Of a DNA stretch of 64,000 nucleotides, positions 48,176-59,080 are shown one piece after another. The DNA is from Peptococcia bacterium (lineage in GTDB: Bacteria > Bacillota > Peptococcia > DRI-13 > DTU073). Each line of letters opens with the position of its first letter. The first letter of the stretch is position 1. The stretch is from contig JBMNJJ010000009.1 in the NCBI GenBank assembly GCA_050951605.1, forward strand, positions 409,730 through 473,729, given 5' to 3'. The notes under the pieces were generated by a model. That model was not told where the DNA came from. It searched no databases and was given only the letters and a program-made list of their open reading frames with translations. A program made the position numbers and the translations under genes.

Positions 48176-49258
48176 TTGGATGTTATTGAGATATTAAAAA
48201 AGGCAATTGAGCTCGGAGCTTCTGATATTCATCTTTCCGTAGGTATTCAACCGACATTTCGCATAAATGGTAAATTAGTCCGTTGGCAACCAGAGGGTAA
48301 AGAAACGGAATTTTTAAAGCGTGATGATATTGTAAAAACTATTCACGAGATTATGGATAGGGAACAATTAGTATCTTGGCAGTCTCAAGGAGAATATGAC
48401 TTTTCTTATTCTCTTCCAGGAGTAGGTCGTTTTAGGGTAAATGCTTATCGACAACGCGGCTGTCCCAGTTTAGCTATTCGTCCTGTACCATATGAAATAC
48501 CGCCTTTAGAAAAATTAGGGATTCCTGAGGCTATTGTTAAGCTTATGAAAAAAAAGGACGGTTTAGTTCTGGTTACCGGCACTACAGGATGTGGAAAGTC
48601 AACAACACTTGCTGCTTTAATTAATAAAATAAATATGGAAGAAGAAAAACATATTATTACAATCGAAGATCCAATTGAATATCTTTATCAACATAAGAAA
48701 AGCATTGTTAACCAAAGAGAATTAGGTGGAGATACCGCTTCTTTTACAGGAGCACTACGAGCTTGTTTACGTCAGGATCCTGATGTAATATTAATTGGAG
48801 AACTTCGTGATCTAGAAACAATCGCTACGGCAATTACAGCCGCAGAAACGGGTCATCTAGTCTTAGCTACTTTACATACCAATGGTGCGGCACAGTCTAT
48901 AGACAGAATTATAGATGTTTTCCCGGCAAATCAACAAACACAGATTAAAATTCAACTTTCTACTACTTTACAAGGAGTAATCACACAGCAGTTATTACCT
49001 AGGGCTGATGGTAATGGTATGGTTTTGGCGGCAGAAGTATTAATTAGTATACCGGCTATTCGTAATTTAATTAGAGAAGGGAAAACACATCAAATTCCGA
49101 CAGTTTTACAGACGGGAGCTCGTTGGGGTATGCAGACAATGGATATGGCTTTATGTGATTTGGTCAAGAAAAATATTATAACCCTGGAAACTGCTTTGAA
49201 CCATACAAATGATAAGGAAAGTTTTAATCGTTTAGTTAATTCGAGAAATTATTATTAA
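48176..49258 (+). CDS. pilT: Type IV pilus retraction ATPase PilT
   Basis: ASDIHL, Walker A GTTGCGKSTT, and the Asp/His boxes (LRQDPDVILIGELRD, HLVLATLHT). Confidence 0.85.
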   Translation: MDVIEILKKAIELGASDIHLSVGIQPTFRINGKLVRWQPEGKETEFLKRDDIVKTIHEIMDREQLVSWQSQGEYDFSYSLPGVGRFRVNAYRQRGCPSLAIRPVPYEIPPLEKLGIPEAIVKLMKKKDGLVLVTGTTGCGKSTTLAALINKINMEEEKHIITIEDPIEYLYQHKKSIVNQRELGGDTASFTGALRACLRQDPDVILIGELRDLETIATAITAAETGHLVLATLHTNGAAQSIDRIIDVFPANQQTQIKIQLSTTLQGVITQQLLPRADGNGMVLAAEVLISIPAIRNLIREGKTHQIPTVLQTGARWGMQTMDMALCDLVKKNIITLETALNHTNDKESFNRLVNSRNYY

Positions 49259-49282
49259 TATTATTATTTAAAGTTATATGGG

Positions 49283-50047
49283 GTGTTGATTATATTGGAT
49301 GCTCTTTCGCTAATTTTCATTTTTCTTTTTGGACTTGCTTTTGGAAGTTTTCTTAATGTCTGTATTTATCGTTTGCCTAAAAAGGAAAGTATTATCTTTC
49401 CATCTTCCCATTGTCCATCTTGTCAAAAAAAACTACAAGTAAAAGATTTAATTCCTGTATTAAGCTTTTTATTACTAAAGGGAAAGTGTCGATATTGTGG
49501 GAAGAAAATACATTGGCGATATCCTGTTGTTGAATTAATTAATGGCTTAGGTTGGGTAGGAATAATTTCTTTATGTGGTTTTACTTTAGAAGGAATAACT
49601 GCATTATTAATCTTTTCCTTTTCTTTGGTTGTAACATTAATTGATGTGGAACATTATCTTATTCTTAATAATTTAGTAATTTTTCTTTTTCTTTGTGGTT
49701 TTCTTTTTCATTTTCTTTCGCATGAAATGAGTTTAAAAGAGCGAGTACTGGGGATGCTCGTGGGCTTTGCTATCCCTTTTTTTCTGGCTTTAATTAGTCG
49801 AGGAGGTATGGGAGGAGGGGATATCAAGTTATGTGCGGCAATGGGGTTTTGGTTAGGGTTCCCCGGTATCTTTCAGGCGATTTTTATTGGTGCTCTAGTA
49901 GGTAGTATCATGGGCATTATATTACTTCTAACTAAAATAAAAAAAAGAAAGGACCCGATTCCCTTTGGACCATTTTTAGTATTGGGATTTTTTACGGTGT
50001 TTCTTTTTCAAGGACAAATACATTCTTGGTATTGGTCTTTATTTTAA
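49283..50047 (+). CDS. pilD: Prepilin peptidase (A24 family)
   Basis: N-terminal CPSC...CRYC zinc site, polytopic, GGGDIKL active-site region. Confidence 0.85.
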   Translation: MLIILDALSLIFIFLFGLAFGSFLNVCIYRLPKKESIIFPSSHCPSCQKKLQVKDLIPVLSFLLLKGKCRYCGKKIHWRYPVVELINGLGWVGIISLCGFTLEGITALLIFSFSLVVTLIDVEHYLILNNLVIFLFLCGFLFHFLSHEMSLKERVLGMLVGFAIPFFLALISRGGMGGGDIKLCAAMGFWLGFPGIFQAIFIGALVGSIMGIILLLTKIKKRKDPIPFGPFLVLGFFTVFLFQGQIHSWYWSLF

Positions 50048-50065
50048 GGGAAGGAGGACTATACT

Positions 50066-50335
50066 TTGGAATTAATTAATTATACACTTAAATGGATTTG
50101 GGAGGTTATGGATGAGGTCTTACCTAAATATCCTGATATTTGTAAATGCGAACGGTGTCGTTATGATATAGCTGCATTTGCAGCCAATAGACTTACTCCC
50201 TTTTATGTGGTGAGTAGAAATGGATATATTTTTGCTAAAACAAAATTACTTTCACAACAAAGTCGGGCTGATATTTTAGCTGAAGTTATTAAGGCTATTG
50301 AAATAGTAAGTAAAAATCCCCATCATCAAGAATGA
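50066..50335 (+). CDS. comFB: ComFB-family protein
   Basis: CKCERCRYDIAAFAANRLTPFYV is characteristic of ComFB. Confidence 0.7.
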   Translation: MELINYTLKWIWEVMDEVLPKYPDICKCERCRYDIAAFAANRLTPFYVVSRNGYIFAKTKLLSQQSRADILAEVIKAIEIVSKNPHHQE

Positions 50336-50412
50336 ACAGAGAGTATATTTTTATCTAAAATAAAACAAATTAAGGTAATAATAGATATATTTTTAAAGGA
50401 TGAGGTTGAGAA

Positions 50413-51834
50413 ATGGAAAAAAGAGAAATTAATGAAATACTTAAAAATGCATTAAATAGCGGAGCAGATTTTGCTGAACTTTTTTGGGAACAAAAAGAAA
50501 CGGCACTAATTAATTGTGAAGAGAATCGTATTGAACGAATTAATTCAGGTTTGGAAGAGGGTGTGGGAATCAGGACAATTGCTGGGGAAAACACATCATA
50601 TGCTTTTACTAATGATTTATCTTTTGCTCGGCTTTTAGAGGTTGCCCAAATGGCAGGGAAGGGAGCACAAAAGCAGCAGGAGCCATTAGAAATAAAAGCT
50701 TTTCATACACCGCAGGCTCCTTTGAAATTAGAAATAAAAAAACCCCCTCGGGAAATAGGAACGGAGAAAAAAGTACAAATCGTTCTTGAAGCTAATGAGG
50801 CGGCTCGACAGATAGATCCGCGTATTCGGCAGGTTAAGGTAAATTATGGTGATGTGCAACAAAAAGTTACGATTGCTAATTCCGAAGGTGTTTTTGTGGA
50901 AGATTTACGAACAAGAACTCGGCTTTCTGTTCATGCCATAGCTGCAGAAGGAAATCTTATTCAGACAGGTTTTCAATCTCTGGGGGGAAGTCAAGGTTTT
51001 GAGTTATTAGAGGAAAATGACCCGACTCAGATTGCAAAAAGAGCGGCACAAAGAGCAATTTTAATGTTGTCGGCAAAACCGGCACCTTCAGGTAAAATGC
51101 CTGTGGTTCTGGCAGGTAAAGCTGGAGGAACGATGGTGCATGAGGCTTGTGGTCATGGTTTAGAAGCGGACCTTGTGCAAAAAGGACTTTCGGTATATGC
51201 AGGAAGAAAAGGTCAAGAAGTAGCTTCGCCTTTGATTACGGTCGTGGATGATGGATTACTTAGTGGAAAGTTTGGCACAACGCGCTATGATGATGAAGGT
51301 ACACCATGTGGGAAAAATGTTTTAATTAAGCAGGGTGTATTGGAAAATTATATGTATGATTTAAAAACAGCTAAACAAGATGATGTGCAGTCTACGGGAA
51401 ATGGACGTCGTGAATCATATCAGAGTCGTCCTATTCCTAGGATGAGAAATACATATATTGCTTCGGGTAAAACAGACTCGGAAAAGATAATTAAAGAAAC
51501 GAAGGAAGGTTTACTTGTAACGGCAATGGGTGGAGGGCAAGTTAATACTATAAATGGTGATTATGTTTTTGATGTAGCTGAAGCTTATGTAATAAAGGAC
51601 GGTGAAGCAGTTTATCCTGTGAGAGGAGCCACATTAACCGGTAATGGACCGGAAACATTAAGGTTAGTAGAGAAGGTAGGAAAAGACCTTGACTTTACGA
51701 TCGGGATTTGTGGTAAGGAAGGACAGGGTGTTCCTGTTTCTGACGCACAGCCCACTATGGCAATACGAGAGCTTATTGTCGGTGGTACAGGAGGAGATTT
51801 TGTTTCACAAGGAAAGAAAATTAGGCGCTTATAA
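50413..51834 (+). CDS. tldD: Metalloprotease TldD
   Basis: HEACGHGLE motif; 473 aa. Confidence 0.9.
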   Translation: MEKREINEILKNALNSGADFAELFWEQKETALINCEENRIERINSGLEEGVGIRTIAGENTSYAFTNDLSFARLLEVAQMAGKGAQKQQEPLEIKAFHTPQAPLKLEIKKPPREIGTEKKVQIVLEANEAARQIDPRIRQVKVNYGDVQQKVTIANSEGVFVEDLRTRTRLSVHAIAAEGNLIQTGFQSLGGSQGFELLEENDPTQIAKRAAQRAILMLSAKPAPSGKMPVVLAGKAGGTMVHEACGHGLEADLVQKGLSVYAGRKGQEVASPLITVVDDGLLSGKFGTTRYDDEGTPCGKNVLIKQGVLENYMYDLKTAKQDDVQSTGNGRRESYQSRPIPRMRNTYIASGKTDSEKIIKETKEGLLVTAMGGGQVNTINGDYVFDVAEAYVIKDGEAVYPVRGATLTGNGPETLRLVEKVGKDLDFTIGICGKEGQGVPVSDAQPTMAIRELIVGGTGGDFVSQGKKIRRL

Positions 51835-51857
51835 GGGAAAAAGGAGTGAAATATTTA

Positions 51858-53189
51858 ATGAAAGCTATAGCCCCCGAAGTGCTAGAACTAGCCAAAAAGA
51901 AAGGTGCAAAGATAGCAGAAATATTCATGTTAAATTCTAAGGAATTAACTATTGAAGTAGCAAAACAGGAAGTTGAAAACTTAAAACTTGCTGAAGAACA
52001 AGGTTTTGGTTTGCGTGTAATTTCTGATAATAGATTAGGTTATGCTTATAGTTCGGATTTATCTAAGGAGTCCATAATAAAAACAGTGGAGAAGGCTATC
52101 CATAATTCACGTTTAGTTGCAGAGGACTTTGCTTGGGAAGTGGCTGAACCGGTTAATTATTACCCAAAATTGGAGTTATATAATCAGGAGATTTTAGAAA
52201 AGCCGTTAGAGAAGAAAATATCCTTAGCAAAGGAATTAGAAAACGCAGCTTTGGCTTATGACTCCCGGGTACGACAAGTAGAAAAAGCTGTATATCAGGA
52301 TTCTATCTATCATGTATCTATTTTTAATTCACTTGGTTTAGAGGGTAATTATCAAGGTTCTTTTTGTGGCTTATATGGAGTAGCGATAGGTCAAGAAGGT
52401 AAAGATGCACAAACAGGTTTTAGTATGGACTTTACTCTCAAATATGAAGACTTAAATCCCACTAAGGTTGGTGAGGAAGCAGGAAAAAAGGCTGTGCGAA
52501 TGTTGGGGGCACAACCAATGCCTTCGGCAAAACTTCCGATTGTTCTTGACCCTTATGTAATGGTAGGGGTATTGGGTGTTTTACAGACTGCTTTTTCAGG
52601 GGAAGCGGTTTTAAAAGGAACCTCTTTTTTAGCGGGTAAAGAGGGAAAAAAGGTGGCTAGCTCCTTAGTTAAAATTATCGACCATGGGGCTTTGCAAGGA
52701 CAACTAGGCTCTTCACCTTTTGATAGTGAAGGGACTCCAACCGGAGAAACGGTTTTGGTGAGAGACGGTGAATTGCAAGGATTTCTGCATAATCTTTATA
52801 CAGCACGTAAAATCGGTGTTGTTTCCACAGGGAATGCGGTAAGAGCTAGTTATAAATCAACGCCTGAAGTGGGTACTACTAATTTTTATTTAGACAAAGG
52901 GTCTGTTTCACGTCAAGATCTTTTAGGGGAAATCAAGAAAGGATTATATGTTACAGAAGTAATGGGTTTACATACAGCGAACCCAATTTCCGGTGACTTT
53001 TCTTTGGGTGCTTCGGGATTACTGATTGAAAATGGTGAATTAACAAGACCAATAAAAGGTGTGGCGATTGCCGGCAATTTGCAGGACTTGTTAATGGGAA
53101 TTGACCTAGTAGCCGATGACTTAACTTTTTATGCCGGGCAAGGGGCTCCCACGGTAAGAATTCAAGGGCTTACGATTAGTGGGAAATAG
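51858..53189 (+). CDS. pmbA: Metalloprotease PmbA/TldE
   Basis: Paralogous to TldD but without the HExxxH motif. ATG after AAAAGGAG. Confidence 0.85.
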   Translation: MKAIAPEVLELAKKKGAKIAEIFMLNSKELTIEVAKQEVENLKLAEEQGFGLRVISDNRLGYAYSSDLSKESIIKTVEKAIHNSRLVAEDFAWEVAEPVNYYPKLELYNQEILEKPLEKKISLAKELENAALAYDSRVRQVEKAVYQDSIYHVSIFNSLGLEGNYQGSFCGLYGVAIGQEGKDAQTGFSMDFTLKYEDLNPTKVGEEAGKKAVRMLGAQPMPSAKLPIVLDPYVMVGVLGVLQTAFSGEAVLKGTSFLAGKEGKKVASSLVKIIDHGALQGQLGSSPFDSEGTPTGETVLVRDGELQGFLHNLYTARKIGVVSTGNAVRASYKSTPEVGTTNFYLDKGSVSRQDLLGEIKKGLYVTEVMGLHTANPISGDFSLGASGLLIENGELTRPIKGVAIAGNLQDLLMGIDLVADDLTFYAGQGAPTVRIQGLTISGK

Positions 53190-53255
53190 CAGAGAGGACT
53201 AGGAAACTGGTATAAATTATGATAAAATTTAATAGTGATTTCTAGATTAGAGTAG

Positions 53256-53714
53256 GTGTTGATGATGTTTAAGGTTTATGTAATTCATGGACCTAATCTT
53301 AACTTGTTGGGAAGCAGGGAACCAGCAGTATATGGAGAGCTTACCCTTAAGGAGTTAAATAACCAATTGATTAGTTATGGTGAAAAATTAGGGCTAAAGG
53401 TAGAAACTTTTCAGTCAAATCATGAAGGAGTTCTAGTGGAGAAGATTCAAGAAGTGGCAAGTTATGATTACTTGATTATTAACGCTGCAGCTTATACCCA
53501 CACTAGCATTGCTATCAGGGATGCTCTTTTAGCTACGGGGACACCGACGATAGAGGTACATATTAGTAATCTTTATCAACGCGAAGATTTTCGTCAATGT
53601 TCTTTACTGGCTGATATTGTTCAGGGGCAGATTATGGGATTAGGGGTATTAGGTTATCGTTTAGCTTTAGATGCTGCAATTCATTTTTTACAGGGAGGAA
53701 CCACTATTGCCTAA
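53256..53714 (+). CDS. aroQ: Type II 3-dehydroquinate dehydratase
   Basis: IHGPNLNLLGSREPAVYG...NAAAYTHTSIAIRDA...EVHISN. The exact start among the clustered Met/GTG codons is uncertain. Confidence 0.9.
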   Translation: MLMMFKVYVIHGPNLNLLGSREPAVYGELTLKELNNQLISYGEKLGLKVETFQSNHEGVLVEKIQEVASYDYLIINAAAYTHTSIAIRDALLATGTPTIEVHISNLYQREDFRQCSLLADIVQGQIMGLGVLGYRLALDAAIHFLQGGTTIA

Positions 53715-54774
53715 ACTTTCTAAGGTTAAAAAATGGCTTCAAGATAAAGAATTAGATGCTTTTTTGATTTCTAAACCTGAACATTGTTTTTATTTAAGTG
53801 GTTTTACGGGAACTAGTGGCTGTTTAGTTGTTACTAATTCTCCGGGGAAAAACTTTTTAATTACAGATTTTCGTTATAAGGAACAAGCAGAGGCTCAAGC
53901 AAAGGGGTATGAACTTGTTCTTTGGGAAGATTCATTTTTTCAGACTTTAGGGGAACTTTTTCAACAACATGAGTTAAAAAAAATAGGATTAGATCAGGAA
54001 AAAATAACTTTAGCTACTTATGAAAAACTAAAAAAAGATGCTCCTAAGGTAACCTTTTTTCCTTTACAAGATCCTTGTGTGGAATTAAGAAAGATAAAAA
54101 GTGTAGAGGAGCTTAAATTATTAAAAAAAGCTATAGAAATTAGTGACAAGGCCTTTCTTCATATTTTAGAGGTTATTCATCCGGGCTTGACGGAAAAAGA
54201 AGTTGCTTTAGAGTTAGAGTTTTTTATGCGACGCTTGGGTGGGACAAGAAATGCTTTTGAAACTATTGTTGCTTCCGAAAATCGATCGGCACTTCCTCAT
54301 GGAGTAGCTTCAACGCGGGTTATTCAAACCGGAGACCTTGTCTTGATGGATTTTGGTACTGTATATCAAGGATATCATTCTGATTTGACGAGGACTTTAG
54401 TTTTAGGTGAACCTGATGCTTTGCAGTGGGAAAGATATATGCTTATTTTAAAAGCTCAAGAAGCAGTTTTTCGGGAAATTCAACCTGGGATGAAAGCTTG
54501 TGAGGCTGATGCTCTCGCCCGTAATCTTATTAAAGAAGCCGGGTATGGTAAAAACTTTGGTCATAGTTTAGGACATGGAGTAGGTTTGGAAATACACGAA
54601 GGTCCTAGTTTATCACCCCGAGATGAAACTATTTTGGAGCCGGGAATGGTGGTAACAGTAGAACCCGGTATTTATATCTCAGGATGGGGTGGTATTCGAA
54701 TCGAAGATATGCTGGTAATTACACCGGGTGGTTGTGAAAGATTAACAAAATCACCACAAGTGTTTAAAGTATAA
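53707..54774 (+). CDS. M24B Xaa-Pro aminopeptidase/dipeptidase
   Basis: Probable TTG start after [22 protein letters not shown] and VTVEPGIY. Confidence 0.85.
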   Translation: MPKLSKVKKWLQDKELDAFLISKPEHCFYLSGFTGTSGCLVVTNSPGKNFLITDFRYKEQAEAQAKGYELVLWEDSFFQTLGELFQQHELKKIGLDQEKITLATYEKLKKDAPKVTFFPLQDPCVELRKIKSVEELKLLKKAIEISDKAFLHILEVIHPGLTEKEVALELEFFMRRLGGTRNAFETIVASENRSALPHGVASTRVIQTGDLVLMDFGTVYQGYHSDLTRTLVLGEPDALQWERYMLILKAQEAVFREIQPGMKACEADALARNLIKEAGYGKNFGHSLGHGVGLEIHEGPSLSPRDETILEPGMVVTVEPGIYISGWGGIRIEDMLVITPGGCERLTKSPQVFKV

Positions 54775-54805
54775 AAATTATTTACTTTTATAGAGGAGGC
54801 AAAAA

Positions 54806-55363
54806 ATGATTTCAACAACAGATTTTCGAACAGGATTAACTTTTGAATTAGAAGGAGATGTAGTTCAAGTCGTAGAATTTCAACATGTAAAACCGGGAAA
54901 AGGGGCAGCATTTGTCCGTTGTAAATTACGGAGTCTAAAAACGGGTGCTGTTGTGGAAAAGACTTTTCGTCCGGGAGAAAAATTTCCTAGGGCACATATA
55001 GAGCGAAAAGAAATGCAATATTTATATAAAGATGGGGATAGTTGGGTTTTTATGGATGTAGAAACATATGAGCAAGTGTCCGTTTTGGAAAAGGATTTAG
55101 AAGATGCTCCTAAGTATTTAAAAGAAAATATGATAACAGGAATTCTTTTTTATCAGGGAGGGGTTATAGGTGTAGACCTTCCCAAACAGGTAGAACTAAA
55201 AGTAACAGAAACAGAACCCGGGATTAAAGGTGATACTGCTTCGGGAGGAAGCAAATCTGCAACATTAGAAACTGGGGTTGATGTACAAGTACCCTTTTTT
55301 ATTAATCAAGGAGATGTTCTGGTTATTGATACACGTACAGGAGAATATGTTAGTCGTGCCTAA
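54806..55363 (+). CDS. efp: Elongation factor P
   Basis: [18 protein letters not shown]...[12 protein letters not shown]. Confidence 0.95.
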   Translation: MISTTDFRTGLTFELEGDVVQVVEFQHVKPGKGAAFVRCKLRSLKTGAVVEKTFRPGEKFPRAHIERKEMQYLYKDGDSWVFMDVETYEQVSVLEKDLEDAPKYLKENMITGILFYQGGVIGVDLPKQVELKVTETEPGIKGDTASGGSKSATLETGVDVQVPFFINQGDVLVIDTRTGEYVSRA

Positions 55364-55405
55364 AGAGCATAATATTTATAATAATTAAAAAGGAGGGTAA
55401 AAAAA

Positions 55406-55903
55406 ATGGATGGTTTAAAGAAGAAGGTGGGTTATTTAAAAGGTCTTGCTGAAGGTATTACTTTTGATGAAAAAAGTAAAGAAGGGAAATTATTTAAGGC
55501 AATAATTGATGTGCTTGATGAAATGGCGATGACAATTGAGGAGGTTGCACTTAATCAAGTAGAGATTGAAAATTATTTAGATGCATTTGATGAAGACTTA
55601 GGTGACCTGGAAGATGTTATTTTTGGTGAAGAAGGAGAATTTATTTTTGACGAGGAAGAGGAGTTTGAAGAGGATGAGGAGGATGAGGAGAAAGAAGATC
55701 AGAACGAAGATGAAGGAACAGAAGAAGAGTTAGAATTAGCTTGCCCTTATTGTTTAAGTGTGCTTGATTTAGAACCTAACATTTTGGAAGATGAGGATGT
55801 ATTAGAGATAATTTGTCCAAATTGTGACAAGACGATCTATGTTAATGATAATCAGTTAGAAATGAAAAAAGAGGGAGAAGCAGAAAAAGAACAGTCTAAT
55901 TAA
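55406..55903 (+). CDS. Acidic protein with a C-terminal CxxC...CxxC zinc ribbon
   Basis: Long E/D tract followed by CPYC...CPNC. Conserved position between efp and the spoIIIA-region genes. Confidence 0.6.
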   Translation: MDGLKKKVGYLKGLAEGITFDEKSKEGKLFKAIIDVLDEMAMTIEEVALNQVEIENYLDAFDEDLGDLEDVIFGEEGEFIFDEEEEFEEDEEDEEKEDQNEDEGTEEELELACPYCLSVLDLEPNILEDEDVLEIICPNCDKTIYVNDNQLEMKKEGEAEKEQSN

Positions 55904-55964
55904 ATTCACTTGGTGATTAAATAGATGTTTTAACATTCGGAGATATATTTTAAGGAGTTTAATA

Positions 55965-57188
55965 ATGAGTAGTTTACATGATACACCTCGTGCTAATCGT
56001 CTTCATATTGCTTTGTTTGGGATTACTAATGCCGGAAAGTCTAGCTTGATTAATACTTTGACGGGTCAAGAAATTGCTTTAGTTTCTAAGGTCAAAGGCA
56101 CGACAACTGACCCTGTTTATAAGGCTATGGAGATCCCCTTTTTAGGTCCTGTTATGTTTATTGACACAGCAGGATTAGATGACCAAAGTGAGTTAGGAGA
56201 GCTAAGGAAAAAAAAGACTCTAGAGGTATTAAATAAAACAGATATAGCAATTTTAGTCTGTGATGCTGTAGTTGGGATTACTGATTTTGATTGCCAAATT
56301 TTAGATTTATTGCAAGAGAAAAAAATACCTCTTTTAGGTGTCGTAAATAAAATTGACCTTGTTGCTGATGCTAAAAAAAAGCTGATGGAATATGCACAAA
56401 AATTAAGAATAAAGTTACTGGGAATTAGTACTAGCACAGGAAAAGGGCTAAAAGAATTAAAAGAGGCTTTAATTAAGATTGTCCCTGAAGATGAAGATAA
56501 TTTTCAAATTGTGGGTGATTTAATTGCTCCGGGTGATTTTGTTGTTTTAGTTATTCCCATAGATGAGTCCGCTCCTAAAGGTAGATTAATTTTGCCACAA
56601 CAGCAAACTTTGCGTAACATTTTAGATAACAATGCTATGGGAGTAGTAACAAAGGATGAGCAATTAAAAGTCATTTTGGCTAATTTACAAAAAAAACCAC
56701 GTTTGGTAATCACTGATTCTCAAGTTTTTCATAAAGTAGCTAAAGAAACACCGGAAGATGTGTGGTTAACTTCTTTTTCCATTCTTTTTGCTCGGCACAA
56801 AGGAGATTTAAAGGAATTAGTTCAAGGTGCACAAGCTATCGAAACGCTTCAAGACGGGGATAAGATTTTGATTGCTGAAGCTTGTACCCATCATCGTCAA
56901 TCTGATGATATCGGTACGGTAAAAATTCCGCACTGGTTACGGCAGAAAACAGGGAAAGAGTTAATTTTTGAATATAGTAGTGGTTATTCTTTTCCTGATA
57001 ATTTACAGGAGTATGCTTTAATTATTCATTGTGCCGGGTGTATGCTTAATCGTAAGGCGATGCTTTATCGGATTAGCCAAGCCCAAGATGCCGGGGTGCC
57101 AATCGTTAACTATGGAGTTTTAATTGCTTATTTACATGGAATTTTGCAAAGGTCGTTATTACCTTTTGGACTAGATTTAAGCTATTAA
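55965..57188 (+). CDS. hydF: [FeFe]-hydrogenase maturation GTPase HydF
   Basis: G1 GITNAGKSSLIN, DTAG, NKID. C-terminal cluster ligands EACTHH...IIHCAGC. Confidence 0.85.
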   Translation: MSSLHDTPRANRLHIALFGITNAGKSSLINTLTGQEIALVSKVKGTTTDPVYKAMEIPFLGPVMFIDTAGLDDQSELGELRKKKTLEVLNKTDIAILVCDAVVGITDFDCQILDLLQEKKIPLLGVVNKIDLVADAKKKLMEYAQKLRIKLLGISTSTGKGLKELKEALIKIVPEDEDNFQIVGDLIAPGDFVVLVIPIDESAPKGRLILPQQQTLRNILDNNAMGVVTKDEQLKVILANLQKKPRLVITDSQVFHKVAKETPEDVWLTSFSILFARHKGDLKELVQGAQAIETLQDGDKILIAEACTHHRQSDDIGTVKIPHWLRQKTGKELIFEYSSGYSFPDNLQEYALIIHCAGCMLNRKAMLYRISQAQDAGVPIVNYGVLIAYLHGILQRSLLPFGLDLSY

Positions 57189-57226
57189 TATTAAAATTTA
57201 TAAATAAAAAATAATGAACAAAAAAA

Positions 57227-57254
57227 GAAGGGAGAAAAACCCTTCTTTTTTTTT
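57227..57254 (+). terminator. Rho-independent terminator
   Basis: GAAGGG-agaaaaa-CCCTTC followed by T9. Confidence 0.8.
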
Positions 57255-57267
57255 GCATAAAAATGGA

Positions 57268-57300
57268 ACTTGGACAATATATTATATTAGCTGTCCAAGT
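57268..57300. promoter_or_regulatory. Perfect 9-bp inverted repeat ACTTGGACA-N15-TGTCCAAGT upstream of spoIIIAA
   Basis: Seen directly. It lies about 20 nt upstream of the spoIIIAA RBS, inside the expected sporulation promoter/leader region. Confidence 0.4.
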
Positions 57301-57320
57301 TGTTTTAAAAGGAGAAAAAA

Positions 57321-58346
57321 ATGGCTAAAGTTTTTATTAATAAAGAAAAAAGTAATGAGTGTTTATCTAAAGAAGAAATATCTCCATTAACTGTATCTTC
57401 TTTAACCTGGTTTCAGGCAATGTCTCCTCAACTTCAAGAACTAATAAGTGAAGGGTTACAGCCTTTTGTGGGAGAGGTTGAGGAAATTCGCTTAAGAATA
57501 AAAAGACCCATCCTTTTTCGGATTGGGACAAAGGAGCTGACGATAACAGCACAAAAAAAGTTTATTTTACAATTGGAGCAAGGTTTTATCATTACAAGAG
57601 ATGAATTAGAAAGAACTTTACAAATATTAAGTCAGAATTCTCTTTATGCGTGGGAAGATGAATTTAGAAATGGTTACCTTACTATACCCGGAGGACATCG
57701 CATTGGTTTTGTAGGTAGAGGTGTTTTAGAGCAGGGTAAGATTAAAACATTGAAAGACCTTTCGGGAATAAATTATCGTATAGGTCGACAAGTTTTAGGA
57801 TGTGCTGATGAGGTATTACCTTATCTTGTGAATAAGGAACAAGTTGCACATACGTTAATTATTTCTCCCCCTCAATGTGGTAAAACTACTTTATTGCGTG
57901 ATTTGGTTAGGCAAATTAGTACAGGAATACCCGAGCTGTTTTTTTCAGGAACAAATGTAGGTTTGGTAGATGAACGTTCAGAAATTGCCGGGATGTATCA
58001 AGGTGAACCTCAGTTTCAAATTGGGTTAAGAACTGATGTTTTAGATGCTTGTCCTAAGGCGCAAGGAATGATGATGCTGATTAGATCTATGTCCCCAGGG
58101 GTTATTGCGACAGATGAAATCGGAAAAAATGAAGATATTGATGCTTTATATAATGCATTACAAGCAGGAGTAAAAGTAATTACAACTGTTCATGGTAGTA
58201 GTTTTGAGGAAATCAAAGAAAGACCTAATCTGCAAACCTTAATAAATTGGCGCTTTTTTGAAAGAATTATTGTTTTAAGTAGACGTAAAGGTGTAGGTAC
58301 TTTAGAAATGATTTTAGATGGAAAAACATTAGAAAGGCTGAGGTAG
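57321..58346 (+). CDS. spoIIIAA: Stage III sporulation protein AA (ATPase)
   Basis: Walker A SPPQCGKTTLLRD. First gene of an 8-gene spoIIIA operon. Confidence 0.9.
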   Translation: MAKVFINKEKSNECLSKEEISPLTVSSLTWFQAMSPQLQELISEGLQPFVGEVEEIRLRIKRPILFRIGTKELTITAQKKFILQLEQGFIITRDELERTLQILSQNSLYAWEDEFRNGYLTIPGGHRIGFVGRGVLEQGKIKTLKDLSGINYRIGRQVLGCADEVLPYLVNKEQVAHTLIISPPQCGKTTLLRDLVRQISTGIPELFFSGTNVGLVDERSEIAGMYQGEPQFQIGLRTDVLDACPKAQGMMMLIRSMSPGVIATDEIGKNEDIDALYNALQAGVKVITTVHGSSFEEIKERPNLQTLINWRFFERIIVLSRRKGVGTLEMILDGKTLERLR

Positions 58347-58348
58347 GT

Positions 58349-58867
58349 ATGTTTAAGTTATTAGGAGCCTTTTGTATTATTGGTGGCTGTAGTTATTTAG
58401 GATTAAGAGTAGCTACTCTTTATCGAAAAAGAACGGAATTATTTCGGTTTTTACAAAATGGGCTGACTTTATTGGAAACGGAAATTAATTATACTTCGAC
58501 ACCCTTACCCTTAGCTTTAGAAAGGGTAAGTAAAAAAATTAACAAGAATTGTCAGCCCTTGTTTATCAGGGCTGCTGCTATTTTACAGGAAAAAAAAGGT
58601 GCGACTGTAGCTGAAGCTTGGTTGGCAGGTGTGAAAGCACTTGATAAAGAAGTGCCCTTAACTCAGGAAGAAAAAGAAATATTATATGTTTTTGGACATG
58701 GTTTAGGTGGGTCTGCTAAAGAGGAGCAAATAAAGAATATTGCCTTAACCCGAAAACAATTGTCTTTAGTAGAAACGGTTGCTGAAGAAGAGCAAGCCAA
58801 AAATCAAAAAATATGGCAATATTTGGGGTTTTCTTTGGGAGTTATAATCGTACTAATTTTGATTTAA
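58349..58867 (+). CDS. spoIIIAB: Stage III sporulation protein AB
   Basis: Size, position and sequence pattern (N- and C-terminal TM helices). Confidence 0.85.
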   Translation: MFKLLGAFCIIGGCSYLGLRVATLYRKRTELFRFLQNGLTLLETEINYTSTPLPLALERVSKKINKNCQPLFIRAAAILQEKKGATVAEAWLAGVKALDKEVPLTQEEKEILYVFGHGLGGSAKEEQIKNIALTRKQLSLVETVAEEEQAKNQKIWQYLGFSLGVIIVLILI

Positions 58868-58885
58868 GAGAAGAGGAGAAAGTTC

Positions 58886-59080
58886 ATGAAGATTGAGTTA
58901 ATCTTTCAGATTGCCGGTATAGGTATTCTTACTTCGATTTTTCATATTATTTTGAAGCAGGCTGGGAAAGAAGAATATTCTTTTATTGCTACTTTAGCTG
59001 GGGTGGCTATAGCTTTGATTATGGTTATTCAGCTTTTGGCCGAATTATTGGACCAAGTTAAAGGCGTCTTTTTTCTGTAA
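58886..59080 (+). CDS. spoIIIAC: Stage III sporulation protein AC
   Basis: 64-aa two-TM protein in the canonical position. Confidence 0.85.
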   Translation: MKIELIFQIAGIGILTSIFHIILKQAGKEEYSFIATLAGVAIALIMVIQLLAELLDQVKGVFFL

